Shown piece after piece: positions 37,194-50,669 of a stretch of 64,000 nt of DNA. Positions within the stretch are counted from its first letter, which is position 1; every line of letters starts with the position of its first letter. The notes beneath the pieces are model-generated. The model was not told the origin of the DNA and made no database searches. It was given only the letters and a program-made list of their open reading frames with translations. Origin of the DNA: Centroscyllium fabricii. Taxonomy: Eukaryota. Position numbers and translations under genes: made by a program. Where the stretch lies: NCBI GenBank assembly GCA_051313645.2, contig JBNRSN020000023.1:77128001-77192000 (forward strand), read 5' to 3'.

Positions 37194-38284
37194 AGAATGA
37201 TTCTGGAATACTGAGTAATGTTGGCAGATGACAGCAGGGCCCGATAATGCTTTGTGGTACAGCCAGATCTGGTGGTGAATGGCTTAACCAGTTGTCTGCC
37301 ATATCCTTTCGAGTCTGTTTGGGAATAAACACGGCATTGATGTCGATTTCAAATGCTACTTAAAGGGACACTCACCACTTAAAGGGATACTCACCATTTC
37401 ATGATCTTTGCTGCTGGGGCTGTGAAGAGGGCCTCTGAAACATATCGGAAGACTTTCCCGGGCACTTTGTCAAGACTTCACCAACAATCCCTTGAATGCA
37501 GACTCTAGCAACATTTATTCCAGAAATTCACTGAGGACTTCACCTAAAAAGAGTGAGTGCTGGGCTACTCCACCTTATTGGACACCTTGTAGGAGTCACC
37601 AAGCAAACTGGAGTGCTTGGTCATGGGCATCTTGCTAGGGGCCCCCCTTTGGTCTGGATGAGGAATAGGAGGAGAACATGAGGCTAGGCAGAGCAGCACC
37701 ATAAGAACATCAGAAATAGGAGCAGGAGTCGGCCATTTGGCCCTTCGCGCCTGCTCCGCCATTCAATGAGATCATGGCTGATCTTCTGCCTCCACTCCAC
37801 TATCACCATATCCCTTAACTCCCTTCGTTCCCAAAAATTTATCAACCTCTCTCTTGACTATACTCAGCGACTGAACCTCCACAGCCCTTTGAGTAGAGAA
37901 TGCCAAAGATTCACAACCCTTTGAGTGAAGAAACTTCTCATCTCAGTCCTAAATGGCCGACCCCTTATACTGTGACTGTGACCTTGTGTTCTAGATTACC
38001 CAGCCCGGTGAAACATTTTCCCAGCTTCTATCCTGTCAATCCCTTAAGAATTTTATATGTCTCAATTAGATCACCTCTCATTCTTCTAAAATCGAGGGAA
38101 TATAGGCCCAGTCTGCTCAATCTCTCCTCATAGGGCAATCTCATCCCAGGAACCAGTCTGGTGAATCTTCACTGCACTCCCTCGAAGGCAAGTATATCTT
38201 TCCTTAGGTAAGGAGAGCAGAACTGTGCACAATAGTCCAGGTGTGATCTCACCAATGTCCTGTATAATTGTAGTAAGACTACTT

Positions 38285-38979
38285 GGGGGAAAAAATTTGG
38301 TTGCTTGTCCCTCCCGTTAGGTCCCTAAGAGGGCTGCCAATGGGGTGCAAGCCTGGGCTGGTGCCTCATGCGATATTCAGTGGGGCGCTGGTGGGGGCGG
38401 TAGCCAGTAGCACCCCGCGGCACTTTGCCACCGGCGATGATGTCATCGAAGTGAGCAGCGCCCGCTCGTGCCCCGGCCGCGAACTTCAGTTGCACCCACT
38501 TCGCCTGATGCTGCCAACGACAGGGTCAGGGGGGCGTGCTTGCAGCAGGGGAGTGATAATTAAAGGTGGGGTGCCGGGCGGCCATTTTTCTTGCTGGCCG
38601 ACTGCCAGCACCTGCCCACTCTGCCGATGCCCCCCAGCAGTGTGCTGGCTGTGCTCCGTGAGCCCGGCACTTCCCTCGAGTGCCGGGCTCCTTCAGCGGC
38701 ACTCCGATCCCTGGCGGCCCAACGGGGCTTCAGCCCGAACCGCGTTAGACCACTCCCCTTTAGTCAGGGGAGGAAGGCCTGCAGTACCGCGGCGCGGCAC
38801 TCTGAAATTCAGTTGTTGCGCCGAAAGAGCAAGGTCGGGTGCCTGCAGTAGCGCCCGACCTCCTACTTGGGGCGCTAAAACCGAATTTCCCAAGGAGCAG
38901 CACGAGCGTTAGCCGGGCGCTAAAAGTAGCGCACCGCCGAGGTTAGCGCCCCAAAATGGACGCCACCAAATTTTTCCCC
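38285..38979. mobile_element. Harbinger-type MITE, family C
   Basis: TIR GGGGAAAAAATTTGG / CCAAATTTTTCCCC; related pieces at about 92-357 and 25850-26340. Confidence 0.72.
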
Positions 38980-39288
38980 GCACTAATCTCTTTGTAACAA
39001 AAGCTAACCTATCATTTGCTTTCCTAATTGCTCGCTGTATGTGCATGATAACTTTCTGTGATTCATGTACAAGGACGCCCAGGTCCCTCTGAGCGCAAAC
39101 ATTTCCCAGTCTCTCTCCAGTCAAAAAATATTCAGCTTTTTTATTTTTCCTACCAAAGTGGCTAACTTCACACTTCCCCACATTATATTCCATTTGCCAT
39201 GTTCTTGCCCACTCAGTCAACCTGTCTATCTCTCTGCAGCCTCTTTGCATTCTCCTCTCTGCTTACTTTCCCACCTAACTTTGTATCA

Positions 39289-40511
39289 ATACCAGTTCGC
39301 CTACCGTGGGAACAGATCTACAGAGGATGCTATCACTACGGCTCTTCACTCTGCACTAAACCACCTGGATAGCAAAGATACATATATCAGAATGCTGTTT
39401 ATTGACTACAGCTCAGCATTCAACACCATCGTCCCCAGCAAATTGTCTACCAAACTCCTCACCCTCGGCCTGAACACCTCCCTCTGCAACTGGACCCTGG
39501 ACTTCCTAACCAACAGACCACAGTCTGTGAAGTTAGGCAACCTCACCTACCCTCCCCTTACCCTGAACACGGGGGCCCCACAAGGTTGTGTGCTCAGCCC
39601 CCTCCTCTACTCCCTCTTCACTCACGACTGTGCGGCTGTCCATGGCTCCAACACGATCATCAAGTTCGCGGATGACACCACGGTGGTTGGCCAGATCACC
39701 AACAACGACGAGTCAGCCTACAGGGATGAGATCCAGCGCCTTGTGGGTTGGTGTGCCGACAACAACCTGGCACTAAACACCAAGAAAACTAAGGAGATCA
39801 TAGTGGACTTCCGGAGGACTAGAAGCAGAAGACACACCCCCATCTTCATCCAAGGGTCTGAGGTGGAAAGGGTGTCCAGCTTCAAGTTCCTTGGGGTCCA
39901 CATCTCGGAAGATCTCTCCTGGTCACTAAACACCTCTTCTCTGTTTAAGAAGGCCCAACAGCGCCTGTACTTCCTAAGGAAGCTGAAGAAAGCCAGGCTG
40001 TCATCCGGCATCCTCTCCAACTTCTACCGCTGCACAATAGAAAGCATACTGACAAGCTGCATCACTGTCTGGTATGGTAATTGCACTATCTCGGACCGGA
40101 AAACCCTGCAGCGGGTAGTCAAAACTGCCCAACGAATTACCGGTACACAGCTACCGTCAATGGAAAGCATCTACCTCAAATGCTGCTTACGGAGGTCTAT
40201 GAACATTATTAAAGACCCCACACACCCCAGCCACAGTCTGTTCACCCCTCTGCCCTCCGGGAGACGCTACAGAGCAATTTGCACCCGCACGACTAGATTT
40301 CAGAACAGCTTCTTCCCCAGGGCTGTCAGCCTCCTGAACTCTAAAAAGAAACTCCGGTACCTGCACGCCTGATAATGAACTTTACTGTATGCAATTTGCA
40401 TGTAATTTATTTATTTTGTTTGCACTACTCTCGGGAGAGTCGAGTCTTCGTCTCGTTGTATTGTACTAGTACTCTGCAACGACAATAAAACTTGAATTGA
40501 ATTGAATTGAA
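39289..40511 (+). mobile_element. Rex1/Babar LINE, 5'-truncated, RT reading frame open to 40372
   Basis: [56 protein letters not shown]; (TTGAA)n tail. Confidence 0.92.
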
Positions 40512-40569
40512 TCATCAGCAAACTTAGATATATCACACTCAATACCTTCATCTAAGTCATTGATGTAGA

Positions 40570-40810
40570 CTCAGATGCTGCAGAAGAGAGGAACAGGAGG
40601 GCGAAGAGGGTGAACTGGCATCCTTCCCCTCCTGCGGGTAGGGGACATCGCTCCTCCTCTGGACCTCCTCCACCAGGACCTCCAGTGCAGCATTCAAGAA
40701 CCTGTGTGCCCTCTCCCTCGGTCCCTGAGCCATCCTGCAGCGTGCTGCAGCGTGCCAGCCAGCGCGCTCCACACCTTCAGCGAGGAGCCCACATATACCG
40801 CTCAACGAAC
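40570..40810 (-). pseudogene. Probable Harbinger Myb/SANT-like ORF N-terminal remnant
   Basis: RERAHRFLNAALEVLVEEVQRRSDVPYP resembles helix 1 of Myb/SANT-like DNA-binding domains. Confidence 0.5.
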
Positions 40811-41049
40811 ATCGCCCTTATCAGCACTTGAGTGTCAAACCTGTAGGTTTCTGGTTCAGCAGCTCCGGCCAAGTTCAAGTTATGCTAATCAGCAATTAGG
40901 ACCAAAATTGCCTGCTAAAACCAGATTTTCAAACAGGCGTGTCTAATTAGCACAGCAACCATTTGGCGCCTGTTTACATCCTTTGGCCAAAATAACACTC
41001 AAGTCCGCACTATCCCATCTTTGATGTTACAACACAAAGTATTTGTAAC

Positions 41050-41425
41050 AGCACAGAAACAGGCCATTCAGCCCCACTGGTCCATGCCGTTGTTTATGCT
41101 CCACACCAGCCTCCTCCCACCCCTCTTCATCTCACCCCATCAACTTATCCTTCCATTCCTTTCTCCCTCATGTGTTTATCCAGCTTCCCCTTGAATACAT
41201 CTGTGTCACTCGTCTCGACCACTCTCTGTGGGAGCGAGTTCCACATTCTCACCACTCTGAGTAAAGAAATTTCTCCTGAATTCACTATTGGATTTATTAG
41301 TCACTATTGTATATTTATGGCCCCTGGTTCTTGTCTGGCCCACAAATGGAAAAATCTTCTCTACGTCTACCTTATCGAACCCTTTCATAATCTTGAGGAC
41401 CTCTATCGGGTTACCCCTCAGCCTT
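41050..41425 (-). mobile_element. CR1 3' fragment
   Basis: RRLRGNPIEVLKIMKGFDKVD..TRTRGHKY..RNFFTQ. Confidence 0.85.
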
Positions 41426-41439
41426 CTCTGTTGTTGAGA

Positions 41440-41950
41440 AAGGTTCTGCACTTATGAGAGTGGCCTCAATCGGGATCTTGGCTTCATGTCACGTTACATG
41501 TAACCCCACCTGATGTAGAGTCATCCAGACTCGAGTCGTCGTTGGCTTGTTCTCTCTACACAGATGCGGCCGGACCTGCTCTGATTTCCAGCAAAACATT
41601 TTTATTTCATTTTATTTTTTATTGCTTTGTTTGTTTTTTGTTTTTCATACAGCATGTGCAACATTTGACCACTTGTGACCCCACCTCATTGTTCTTTGAT
41701 GGAATGTTTTGCTGACTGACCTGTTTGGACACCATTTACAGCTATGATTGCTGTGATTATCTCTCTGCCGTGGTATGATAAAGGGCAGTTAGAAAAATTA
41801 CCTGTAATCATCTGGCATTGTTTTCTGACTATATATGCTGTGCCTATATGCATCTCTTCACTTCACCTGACGAAGGAGCAGCGCTCCGAAAGCTTGTGAT
41901 TTCAAATAACGCTGTTGGACTGTAACCTGGTGTTGTGAGACTTCTTACAT
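41440..41950 (+). mobile_element. Penelope ORF end and pLTR
   Basis: GLNRDLGFMSRYM end; pLTR similar to 17050-17540. Confidence 0.82.
41862..41899 (+). ncRNA. Minimal hammerhead ribozyme
   Basis: TCAC-CTGACGA-AGGAGC AGC GCTCC-GAAA-GCTT-GTGA. Confidence 0.85.
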
Positions 41951-42014
41951 AGAGAAAAGAGCCCCAGCCTGTGCAATCTATTTGGTTTGCACATCATGTG
42001 TACTATGTAGGCGC

Positions 42015-42667
42015 ATAGATACTAGAACTAGGGGGTCATAGTCTCAGGATAAGGGGTTGGCCATTTAGGACCGAGATGAGGAGAAATGTCTTCATAGAAA
42101 CATAGAAGATAGGAACAGGAGTCGGCCATTTGGGTCCTCAGGCCTGCTCCGCCATTTGATGAGATCATGGCTGATCATCCAAACTCAGTACCCCAAACCT
42201 GCCTTCTCCTCATATCCCTTGATCCTTTTAGCTCTAAGAAATACATCTAACTCCTTCTTGAATATATTTAATGACTTTGCCTCAATTACATTCTGTGGTA
42301 GAGAATTCCACAGGTTCACCACTCTCTGGGTGAAGAAACTCTTCCTCATCTCTGTCCTAAATAGCTTACCCCTTATCCTTAGACTGTGACCCCTGGTTCT
42401 GGACTCTCCGACCATCGGGAACATTCTTCACTCAGAGGGTTGTGAATCTTTGGCATTCTCCGCCCCATAGGACTGTGGATGCTCAGTCGTTGAGTATATT
42501 CAAGGCTGAGATCGATAGATTTTTGGACGCTAAGGGAATCAAGGGATATGGGGATAGGGCGGGAAAGTGGAGTTCAGGTCGAAGATCAGCCATGGTCTTA
42601 CTGAATGGTGGAGCAGGCTCGAGGGGCTGTATGGCCTTCTCCCGCCCCTAACTCTTATGTTCTTATC
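42015..42667 (+). mobile_element. CR1 3' end with a younger CR1 3' end (42094-42424, minus strand) nested inside
   Basis: Outer copy resumes TTCACTCAGAGGGTTGTG after the inverted inner copy. Confidence 0.82.
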
Positions 42668-43722
42668 ACCCAGAACTAATTAGGCTGGGATTAACTCTTC
42701 TGCTATGTGACTGAAGAAGCTTGGCACTCATTGAAGTACTGGCCAACATTCATTCCCAACCAATGCACCACCAATTGCTGATTGTGGGATCTTGCTATGT
42801 GCATACTGGCTGCTGCATTTACCGATAGAAGAGCCTCTGTACTCCAGAGCAATTCCTTATTTTTGAAGGCCTCTGAGGCATTTGTGAAAAATGAGGTTAG
42901 ACATTATATAAATGGAAACTTCCCTTGCAATTTTAGTAGGCCAATTAAATATCCCTTTTCATAATCGCCTTTAAACTATTCGGTGTGTCTTCAGACGCTA
43001 CAGTTGCGACGTAGATGACTTTTTAAATATTCAGAAGTACATTTACCATCCCAATTCTCTAGGCAATCTACTTTAAAATGATCCCAATAGAATTTCAACG
43101 TGCACTTTGAAAAGTTTACATTACATTGGAGAAAGAAAGTTTCGCAACAGTGCATATTAATTGAGTATTTCAAAAAGTATTTAAGAGCGAGGTGAAATGG
43201 TTAGGAATAGAAGCAAAAGCAAAATGTGATTTATGTGCATACACGCCAGATTTGGAATGTACTATTACACAGTGAAAGAATTCTATAGCTGTCAGCTGTA
43301 TCACTCCTTTATTCGTGTTTCTCGTCATGACTCACTTTACCTCTGACAAGTTGCTAAACAATTTTGGGCCAAAGGGACATGTTTACCTCAAGGCCTTGCA
43401 GTGTGAATGAATAATTTATAGAATTTAGTTTCTTTTGTGGGAAATAAGGGTCTCAAATTGTTAGCATTCATGACAGCTTTTGCCTTGTCTCAATTTGAAG
43501 AAGCATTTCCTTCAGAAACCTTGTCTTTTTTTATTCCTTTCTGTTCCGGAAGGCATCGACTAGAGCTGGTTCTACGGAGGCTAACGCGCCTGGGTACCCC
43601 GGCAAGCCGAACCTCCCTCGTGCGGGAAACTAGGCAGTGAGCGTTGGCTGGCTGTTCAATGGCCGGGCGGGGGGAGGCGGTGGTGGAGTTCGCAGTGAAA
43701 CCCACGCTTGCCCTTGTAGCAG

Positions 43723-43739
43723 AGCCACTAGGGGGAGAC
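43723..43739 (+). promoter_or_regulatory. Candidate CTCF site
   Basis: AGCCACTAGGGGGAGAC matches the CCASYAGRKGGC core with one mismatch; lies in a CpG-rich patch. Confidence 0.4.
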
Positions 43740-43968
43740 ATCCCGATCTCCCCAAAGAGTCAGAATCATCATTACAGAGTTGGTCCCGCCCCTGTTTCCC
43801 CATTGGTGAGTTGGACCAACGTTTCTGGTCCCTGATTGGTCCTGCGGGCTGTCCGTCAAAAGCCCCATCATGCTTTGCATTTTCACGCCTTTTGTTAAAC
43901 AGTCGTTTTCTGGATCGACACAATAAAGACCTGTTTACGTTTGTTCTGCATTTCTTGATGTTATCATT

Positions 43969-44685
43969 GGCCCAGAAATTCCCGTTATCGCATATCGGGT
44001 TTAAGCTCTGGTGCGGGTGCACCAGAGCTTAAACCCGCAGGAAGGAGCCGGTGCACACGTTCCAGGACTTCCTGTGCCGCCTAGCGGGGGGGTCACTGCT
44101 CCCTGCAAGGTCCATCGCAGGGAGCATCGCACTACAGGACCGCCCAGACATCCCGATGGTTTTTTTTGATTTTTCAGCGGACCAAGAGAAGAGAAATCAA
44201 CGCTGGAAAAAAGCAGTCGTTAACACAAGTTTTCATCTGGTAAGTGTATATTTTATTGATTTTAATTGTTGATTTTTCAGGTTTTTAATTGTTGATAACT
44301 TTAAAGACAGGTAAGTATTTTTTAGACCTGTTTGAAGTTAAAAAGAATTTCTGCAAATTTTAGTTTTTTCTTTAAAATAGGTTATTTTTGTTAGTTGGGG
44401 TAATGTTTAAAAAATGTGGTGTTTGTAAAATTTTATTTTTGTGTTTAAGTGTCTTTTGAGAATCTCTCCATTCAAAACTCGCACAGATTTCTCCCTGCCA
44501 ATCAGCTGGTCTCAAAAGCCAGTTCGCAGTAATTACGCCCTTCAGATCTCGCACGGAGCTCTGAAGTGGGGGGGGGGCGGTAATGGGAATTTCTCTGTGC
44601 AAAAAATCAAAAGGGAATATGGGCAATTAAAGTGCGTTAAGCAGCTCTGCACCCGCATGAAAGGCTCCACTGCAATTTCTGGGCC
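43969..44685. mobile_element. PIF/Harbinger MITE
   Basis: Perfect 12-bp TIR GGCCCAGAAATT, 3-bp TSD ATT. Confidence 0.85.
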
Positions 44686-45732
44686 ATTGATTTCGATGAG
44701 TCACCCTTATCCATTGTCCAAAGCTTCGAGGTTGGGACCACTTCATAGCAATCAGGAGTGGGAGGCCTGGTTGATATTCCCTTTCTTGTGCCTGCCGAAG
44801 CAGCATTACGGCCATCCCGTCTGAGAGCAGCTAACACAGCTAACACTTCTGAATGAAGACAGGGGGGAAAATTGACAGTCACGGAACCCAACGTGAGTTG
44901 GTACCTTCAGGAGAGGAGGCGGCAAGGAAGGTGTTGAAGTATGAGACATAACCCTGGCCGGCAAAGAGTTACTATTTCTAGTTAACAATGTGCAAATACT
45001 GTATCACTTTTCTAACCTTGTATTTGTGGAAGCAATTTTGCCAGTCGACATTGAGCCATGGATCATGTGGCAAACCTCTATAATTGGCTAAATGGATACA
45101 GGCTATTTATCTTGGCTGTCGGCTTATGCATTAGTGCTTCAGGCATGAATTCTGATTGAAATGTTTGAACACAGGAGGAAAAAAAATTGCTATACCTCAT
45201 TCCTTTTAACAGAACGAGTTTTGATCCTTCACGCTAAGGACACAACAGTAGAGAATTTGCCACAACAAAGCACAAACTGACAACCACCCCACTTTTGGGA
45301 AAATAGGGACACCTGGGACAAAGGAGGCTCTGTTTCAAATGGGGCCTTAAAACACTCAAGAAACTCAATACCATCCAGGACAGAACAGTTGCCCCCTTCC
45401 ATTTGGAATTGATATCTGCACTCCCCATCACTCTTTTTTGGCTGCAGTGTGCACGATCTACTGAACGCACTGCAGCAAATCACCAAGGTTACTTTGAGAG
45501 CACCACCCTCCCCCGTGACCACTACCACCATCAAGGGCAAGAGCAGCAATGCCGGAGGAGCACCCATCACCTCCGTTGCCCTCCGAGTTGGCATGCCATC
45601 CTGATTTGGTTCCAGGGATGAGGGCATACAGCTACGATAGCAAAAATACTGTGGATGCTGGAAATCTGAAATAACAACAGAAAAAGCTGGAAAAACTCAG
45701 CAGGCCAGGCAGCATCGGTGGAGAGAGAACAG

Positions 45733-46617
45733 AGGGGGGGAATTTTAGGAGGTCCCTGAGTGCGGGTTTTTGGCCGGTCAGTTTCAAAAATTCCAATCCG
45801 GCGGGCGGGAAAGCACCCCGCCGGATCCCCGCCCATTTGGGATTTTCGTTGGGTGGGTTTTCCCGCCCCGCATTTCTCCCACCCGCCGCTGGCGGGGATA
45901 CAGATTGAGGTCGTTGAGGGCCCTTAATTGGATGGCTAATCCTATTTTAAGGGCCCTCAGCTATTTTAGCCCTCTTCCCAACCAAAACCTGCCTGGTGAA
46001 AACTCGCCGTTAAAAAGGTGATGGGAACCCAGGCGGCTGGGTGTCTACCACCTTCAAGGCATGGGCACAGCACTCACACAGCAGCTTGCTAGCCTCCACC
46101 ATGCTGGAGGTGCAGTTGCCACCCAAGGGTGAGAAACTTCAGGGCCTAAAACATTGAAATCATTCATCTTCAACTCGCTCCTATTTAACAGACATCGCGC
46201 TGCAGCGCTGTGTCTGTGACCAAGCTGTCAATCACCCAGGGGATCAGTTTCTGTTTACATTCCATTGAAACCACAAACAAGCATGACTCACTTCAACTGT
46301 TTGTTTCGTGGTTTCAAGTGGTTCTTTCAAAGTCTGACTCACACGGCTATGTAAACATAGGAACAAAGGCAACACTTCAGATCTGTCAGTCAAGCTTAGT
46401 GAGTTCTTACTACTCAGGCCTGTCAATCAACAGCCCGCCCAACTCAAACTGTGAATGTAAAGGGCTTTGCTCCCGCCCATTATTGTGTATTGGGAGCCCG
46501 ACTGTTCGGTGGGGATTTAATTGGCCACTTGAGCCAAAATCTCTCGGGCCTCCCAGGTCCATGAAAACTGACCCGCCCAAAACCCGCCAGCTTCCAACAG
46601 CTTTTTTAAAATTCCCT
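45733..46617. mobile_element. Harbinger-type MITE, family B
   Basis: AGGG..AATTTT / AAAATTCCCT termini, 3-bp TSD CAG at 45730-45732 and 46618-46620. Confidence 0.85.
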
Positions 46618-46620
46618 CAG

Positions 46621-46656
46621 AGTTAACGTTTCAGGTCGAACCCCTTCTTCAGAACT
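46621..46656 (-). ncRNA. Minimal hammerhead ribozyme
   Basis: AGTT-CTGAAGA-AGG GGTTCGA CCT-GAAA-CGTT-AACT; helix II is short. Confidence 0.65.
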
Positions 46657-46984
46657 GAGAGAAAGGCAGGAAAAGGGAAGGTTTGTGAGAAGTAAAGAGA
46701 CATTAAGAGATATTCATGGCGAGATGAGATGGTAATAAAACAGATTAAGAAACAAAAGATGAAGTGTGAAATGCGCTGGCAGAATGAAAGACAGCTGCCA
46801 TGTGGGAGAGAAAAACAGGAAGAAAAGGCACAAACCGCACAGAGTTACATGAGTAGGCTGCAGAAGTTTGGGTTGTTCTCCTTTCGAGCAGAGAAGGCTA
46901 AGAGGAGATTTGATAGAGGCGCTCAAAATCATGAAGGATTTAGCTCGAGGAAATGAAGAGAAACTGTTTCCAGTGACTGAAGCG

Positions 46985-47254
46985 CCGGGTGCTCCGGTTT
47001 CCTCCCACAGTCCAAAGGGTTAGGTTGATTGACCATGATAAATTGACCCTTAGTGTTAGGGGTACTGAATATGTGGGGTTACGGAGATAGGGTGGGATAT
47101 GTGTCGGTGCAGGCTCGATAGGGATCAAGGTATATGGGGAGAGGGCAGGGGCGGGGTACTGGGTTTGGATGATCAGCCATGATCTCATTGAATGGCGGAG
47201 CAGGCTCAAAGGGCCGAATGGCTGACTCCTGCTCCTAGTTTCTATGTTTCTATG
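46985..47254 (+). mobile_element. 5'-truncated HE1 V-SINE
   Basis: V-domain plus CR1 tail. Confidence 0.85.
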
Positions 47255-47449
47255 AGACATCACTGTGAGAGGAAATGCAGAGTCTTGCTGCATTTTATGG
47301 ACTCCCGGGGACATGTGGGCATTTGCATAAACTTTGTACCCTCATCACCAACTTCATCCCAAGCCCAGTCATTAGAATCAGACTCTTCACAATCTTGCCG
47401 TCCTACAACAACAACTTGTATTTATATAGCGCCTTTAGCATAGTAAACC

Positions 47450-48750
47450 ACTTCAAGGCACTGTTTCCAGTGACTGAAGGGCCGATAATGAGCGGGCACA
47501 GATTTAAGGGGATTGGCAAAAGAACCAGAGGCGACATGAGGAAAAAAGATTTAAGCAAACGAGTGGTTAGGATTTGGAATCTTATCTGAGGAAGGATGTT
47601 GTTGCCATGGAGGGAGAGCAGCGAAGATTCACCAGACTGATACCTGGGATGGTAGGAATGATGTATGAGGAGAAATTGGGTCGATTGGGCTTATACTCAC
47701 TGGAGTTTAGAAGAATGAGAGGGGATCTCATTGAAACATATAAAATTCTGACAAGACTGGACAGACTAGACGCAGGAAGGATGTTCCCGATGGTCGGGGA
47801 GTCCAGAACCAGGGGTCATATTCTAAGGATAATGGGGAAAGCCATTTAGGACAGAGATGAGGCGGAATTTCTTCACCCAGAGAGTGATGAACCTGTGGAA
47901 TTCTCTGCCACAGAATGTAGTTGAGGCCAAGTCATTGAATATATTCAAGAAGCAGTTAGATACATTCCTTAGAGCTAAAGGGATCAAGGGATATGGGGAG
48001 AGGGCAGGGTCAGGGTACTGAGTTTGGATGATCAGCCATGATCTCATTAAATGGTGGAGCAGGCTCGAGGGGCCGAATGGCCGACTCCTGCTCCTATCTT
48101 CTATGTTTCTATGATTCCCTGAAAAGTGTGGATGCTGAGTCTTTGAGTATAGTCAAGGCTGAGATCTCATTGAAACTTATAAAATTCTAACAGGACTAGA
48201 CAGCCTAGAAAGGATGTTCCCGATGGCCGGGGAGTCCAGAACCAGGGGTCACAGTCTAAGGATAAGGGGTAAGCCATTTAGGACAGAGATGAGGAGGAAT
48301 TTCTTCACCCAGAGAGTGGTGAACCTATGGAATTCTCTACCACACAAGGCAGTTGAGGCCAATTCAGTAAATATATTCAAGAAGGAGTTAGATATATTTC
48401 TTAAGGCTAAAGGGATCAAGGGATACGGGGAGAAGGCAGGGACAGGGTACTGAGTTTGGATGATCAGCCGTGATCTCATTGAATGGCAGAGCAGGCTCGA
48501 GGGGCTGAATGGCCTACTCCTGCTCCTATCTTCTATGTTTCTATGGAATGTGCTGCCTGATCGGGCGGTGGACACAGATTCAAGGGCAGCTTTCAAAAGG
48601 GAGTTGGATAAATACTTGAAGGAGAAAAAATTGCAGGGATCTGGGGAAAGAGCGGGGGGAGTGGGACTAACGGGATCGCTCTTCGAAAGTGCCGGCGCAG
48701 ACTCGATGGGCCAAATGGCCTCCTTCTGTGCTGTACTGTTCTATGATTCC
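47450..48750 (+). mobile_element. Cluster of CR1 3' fragments (47580-48113 and 48165-48545 inside an older copy)
   Basis: Repeated RRFTRLIPG, RTRGH and FFTQRVVNLWNSLP motifs with tails. Confidence 0.85.
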
Positions 48751-49424
48751 ATTATATCTCCATTTCTCTGTCATGACTAGGTTACCGGTTACTGACCTGG
48801 AATTCCCTACTCAGCACCACCACCACAAGGACTACACTGGTTCAAGATGAAAGCCCACCACACCCTCCTCAGGGCAACTAGGGGTGAGCAAAAAATGCAA
48901 CTTTGCCACTGCCACCCAGAACCCGAGATGAATCTAAAAATGAATGAGAAAATTTAGATTCACATCAGCTTAATCTACCAAACGTGACATTTAATTAGCT
49001 ATCTCATGTCATCTATCCAGTATTTTGCCCTCAGGGTTTTAAATGAAGCTGATATTTTGGTGCATTGTTGAATTAAATATTTCAACTGAAACTTTAATTT
49101 CATTCCTCCCCGATTGTCAAAATTGGAAAGCTATGAACGGGACTAACTCTACAAGGATTAGCAGGTTGGAATGAATTGAACAGCACTGCAGTCGTCAAGA
49201 TATGGGAAATGACACTACCTACAGAATAACAGAGTGAGCTACAGGCTGGAATCTAATCGAGGACTGCAGATTGTTTATACACAGTCACAGACACCATGGG
49301 ATGATTTACGGGTTGGAAACTAACTGAGGGGTTCAGAAGGCTTATAGATAGAATAATGGATACTTGGGAGTGAGTTAGAGGCTGGAATCTGATCAAGGTG
49401 TTCAGGTGATTTATATATTCAGGC

Positions 49425-50640
49425 TTGAGATGATAAGTGGCAGGTAACATTTGCACCACACAAGTGCCAGGCAATGACTATCTCCAACAAACGTGAGTCT
49501 AACGGGCGGCACGGTGGCACAGTGGTTAGCACTGCTGTCTCACAGCACTGGAGACCCGGGTTCAAATCCAGCCTCGGGTACTATCTGTGTGGAGTTTGCA
49601 CATTCTCCCCGTGTCTGCGTGGGTTTCCTCCGGGTGCTCCGGTTTCCTCCCACAGTCCAAAGATGTGCGGGTTAGGTTGATTGGCCATGATAAATTGACC
49701 CTTAATGTTAGGGGGATTGAATATGCGGGGATAGGGTGGGATATGTGTCGATGCAGGCTCGATAGGGATCGGGGGATATAGGGAGAGGGCAGGGGCGGGG
49801 TACTGGGTTTGGATGATCAGCCATGATCTCATTGAATGGCGGAGCAGGCTCGAAGGTCCGAATGGCCTACTCCTGCTCCTAGTTTCTATGTTTCTATGTT
49901 TCTATGTTTCTAACCACTGCCTTGTGACATTCAATGGCATAACCATCGCCAAATCCCCCACCATTAACATCCTGGGGGGTCACCATTGACCAGGAACTTA
50001 ACTGGACCAGCCACATAAATACTGCGGTAACAAGGGCAGGTCAGAGGCTGGGTATTCTGCGACGAGTGTCTCACCTTCTGACTCCCCAAAGCCTTTCCAC
50101 CATCTACAAGGCACAAGTCAGGAGTGTGATGGAATACTCACCACTTGCCTGGATGAGTGCAGCTCCAACAACACTCAAGAAGCTCGACACCAGACAGGAC
50201 AAAGCAGCCCGCTTGATTGGCACCCCATCGACCACCTTAAACATTCACTCCCTCCAACACCGGCGCACCGTGGCTGCAGTGTGGACCATCTACAAGATGC
50301 ATTGCAGCAACTCACCAAGGCTTCTTTGGCAGCACCTCCCAAACCCGCGACCTCTTCCACCTAGAAGAACAAGGGCAGCAGGCGCATTGGAACACCACCA
50401 CCTCCAATTTCCCCTCCAAGTCAGACACCATCCTGACTTGGAAATATATCGCCATTCCTTCATCGTCACTGGGTCAAAGTTCTGGAACTCCCTACCTAAC
50501 AGCACTGTGGGAGCACCTTCACCACACGGGACTGCAGCGGTTCAAGAAGGCGGCTCACCTTCACCTTCTCAAGGGCATTTAGGGATGGGCAATAAATGCT
50601 GGCCTTGCCAGCGACGTCCACATCCCATGAATGAATTTAA
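49425..50640 (+). mobile_element. CR1-group LINE 3' end with HE1 SINE (49504-49908) inserted
   Basis: Homologous to 5410-6210; SINE TSD TCTAAC. Confidence 0.88.
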
Positions 50641-50669
50641 AAAAAAATATAGAGCAATGGATACCCGGG

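Larger units (their letters stand above)
34683..37380 (-). mobile_element. L2 LINE RT fragment (tail at 30217-30243), interrupted by a SINE and a solo LTR
   Basis: AFDTVDHSILL, SGVPQGSILGPLLFLIY, DTQLY, NLGVKFD. Confidence 0.88.
37700..40570 (-). mobile_element. CR1 fragment split by a MITE and a Rex1 element
   Basis: CR1 pieces at 37700-38280, 38981-39288 and 40511-40570 ([12 protein letters not shown]). Confidence 0.8.
45628..46845 (-). mobile_element. Penelope pLTR fragment split by a MITE
   Basis: GAGAGAACAG continues as AGTTAACGTTTCAGG after the MITE. Confidence 0.8.

Noticed and set aside
38283-38912. 209-aa ORF inside a MITE as a transposase
   Set aside because: It has no DDE or Myb motif and is a GC-rich chance ORF.
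39065-39288. N-terminus of the 435-aa ORF
   Set aside because: It is antisense CR1 sequence upstream of the Rex1 truncation point.
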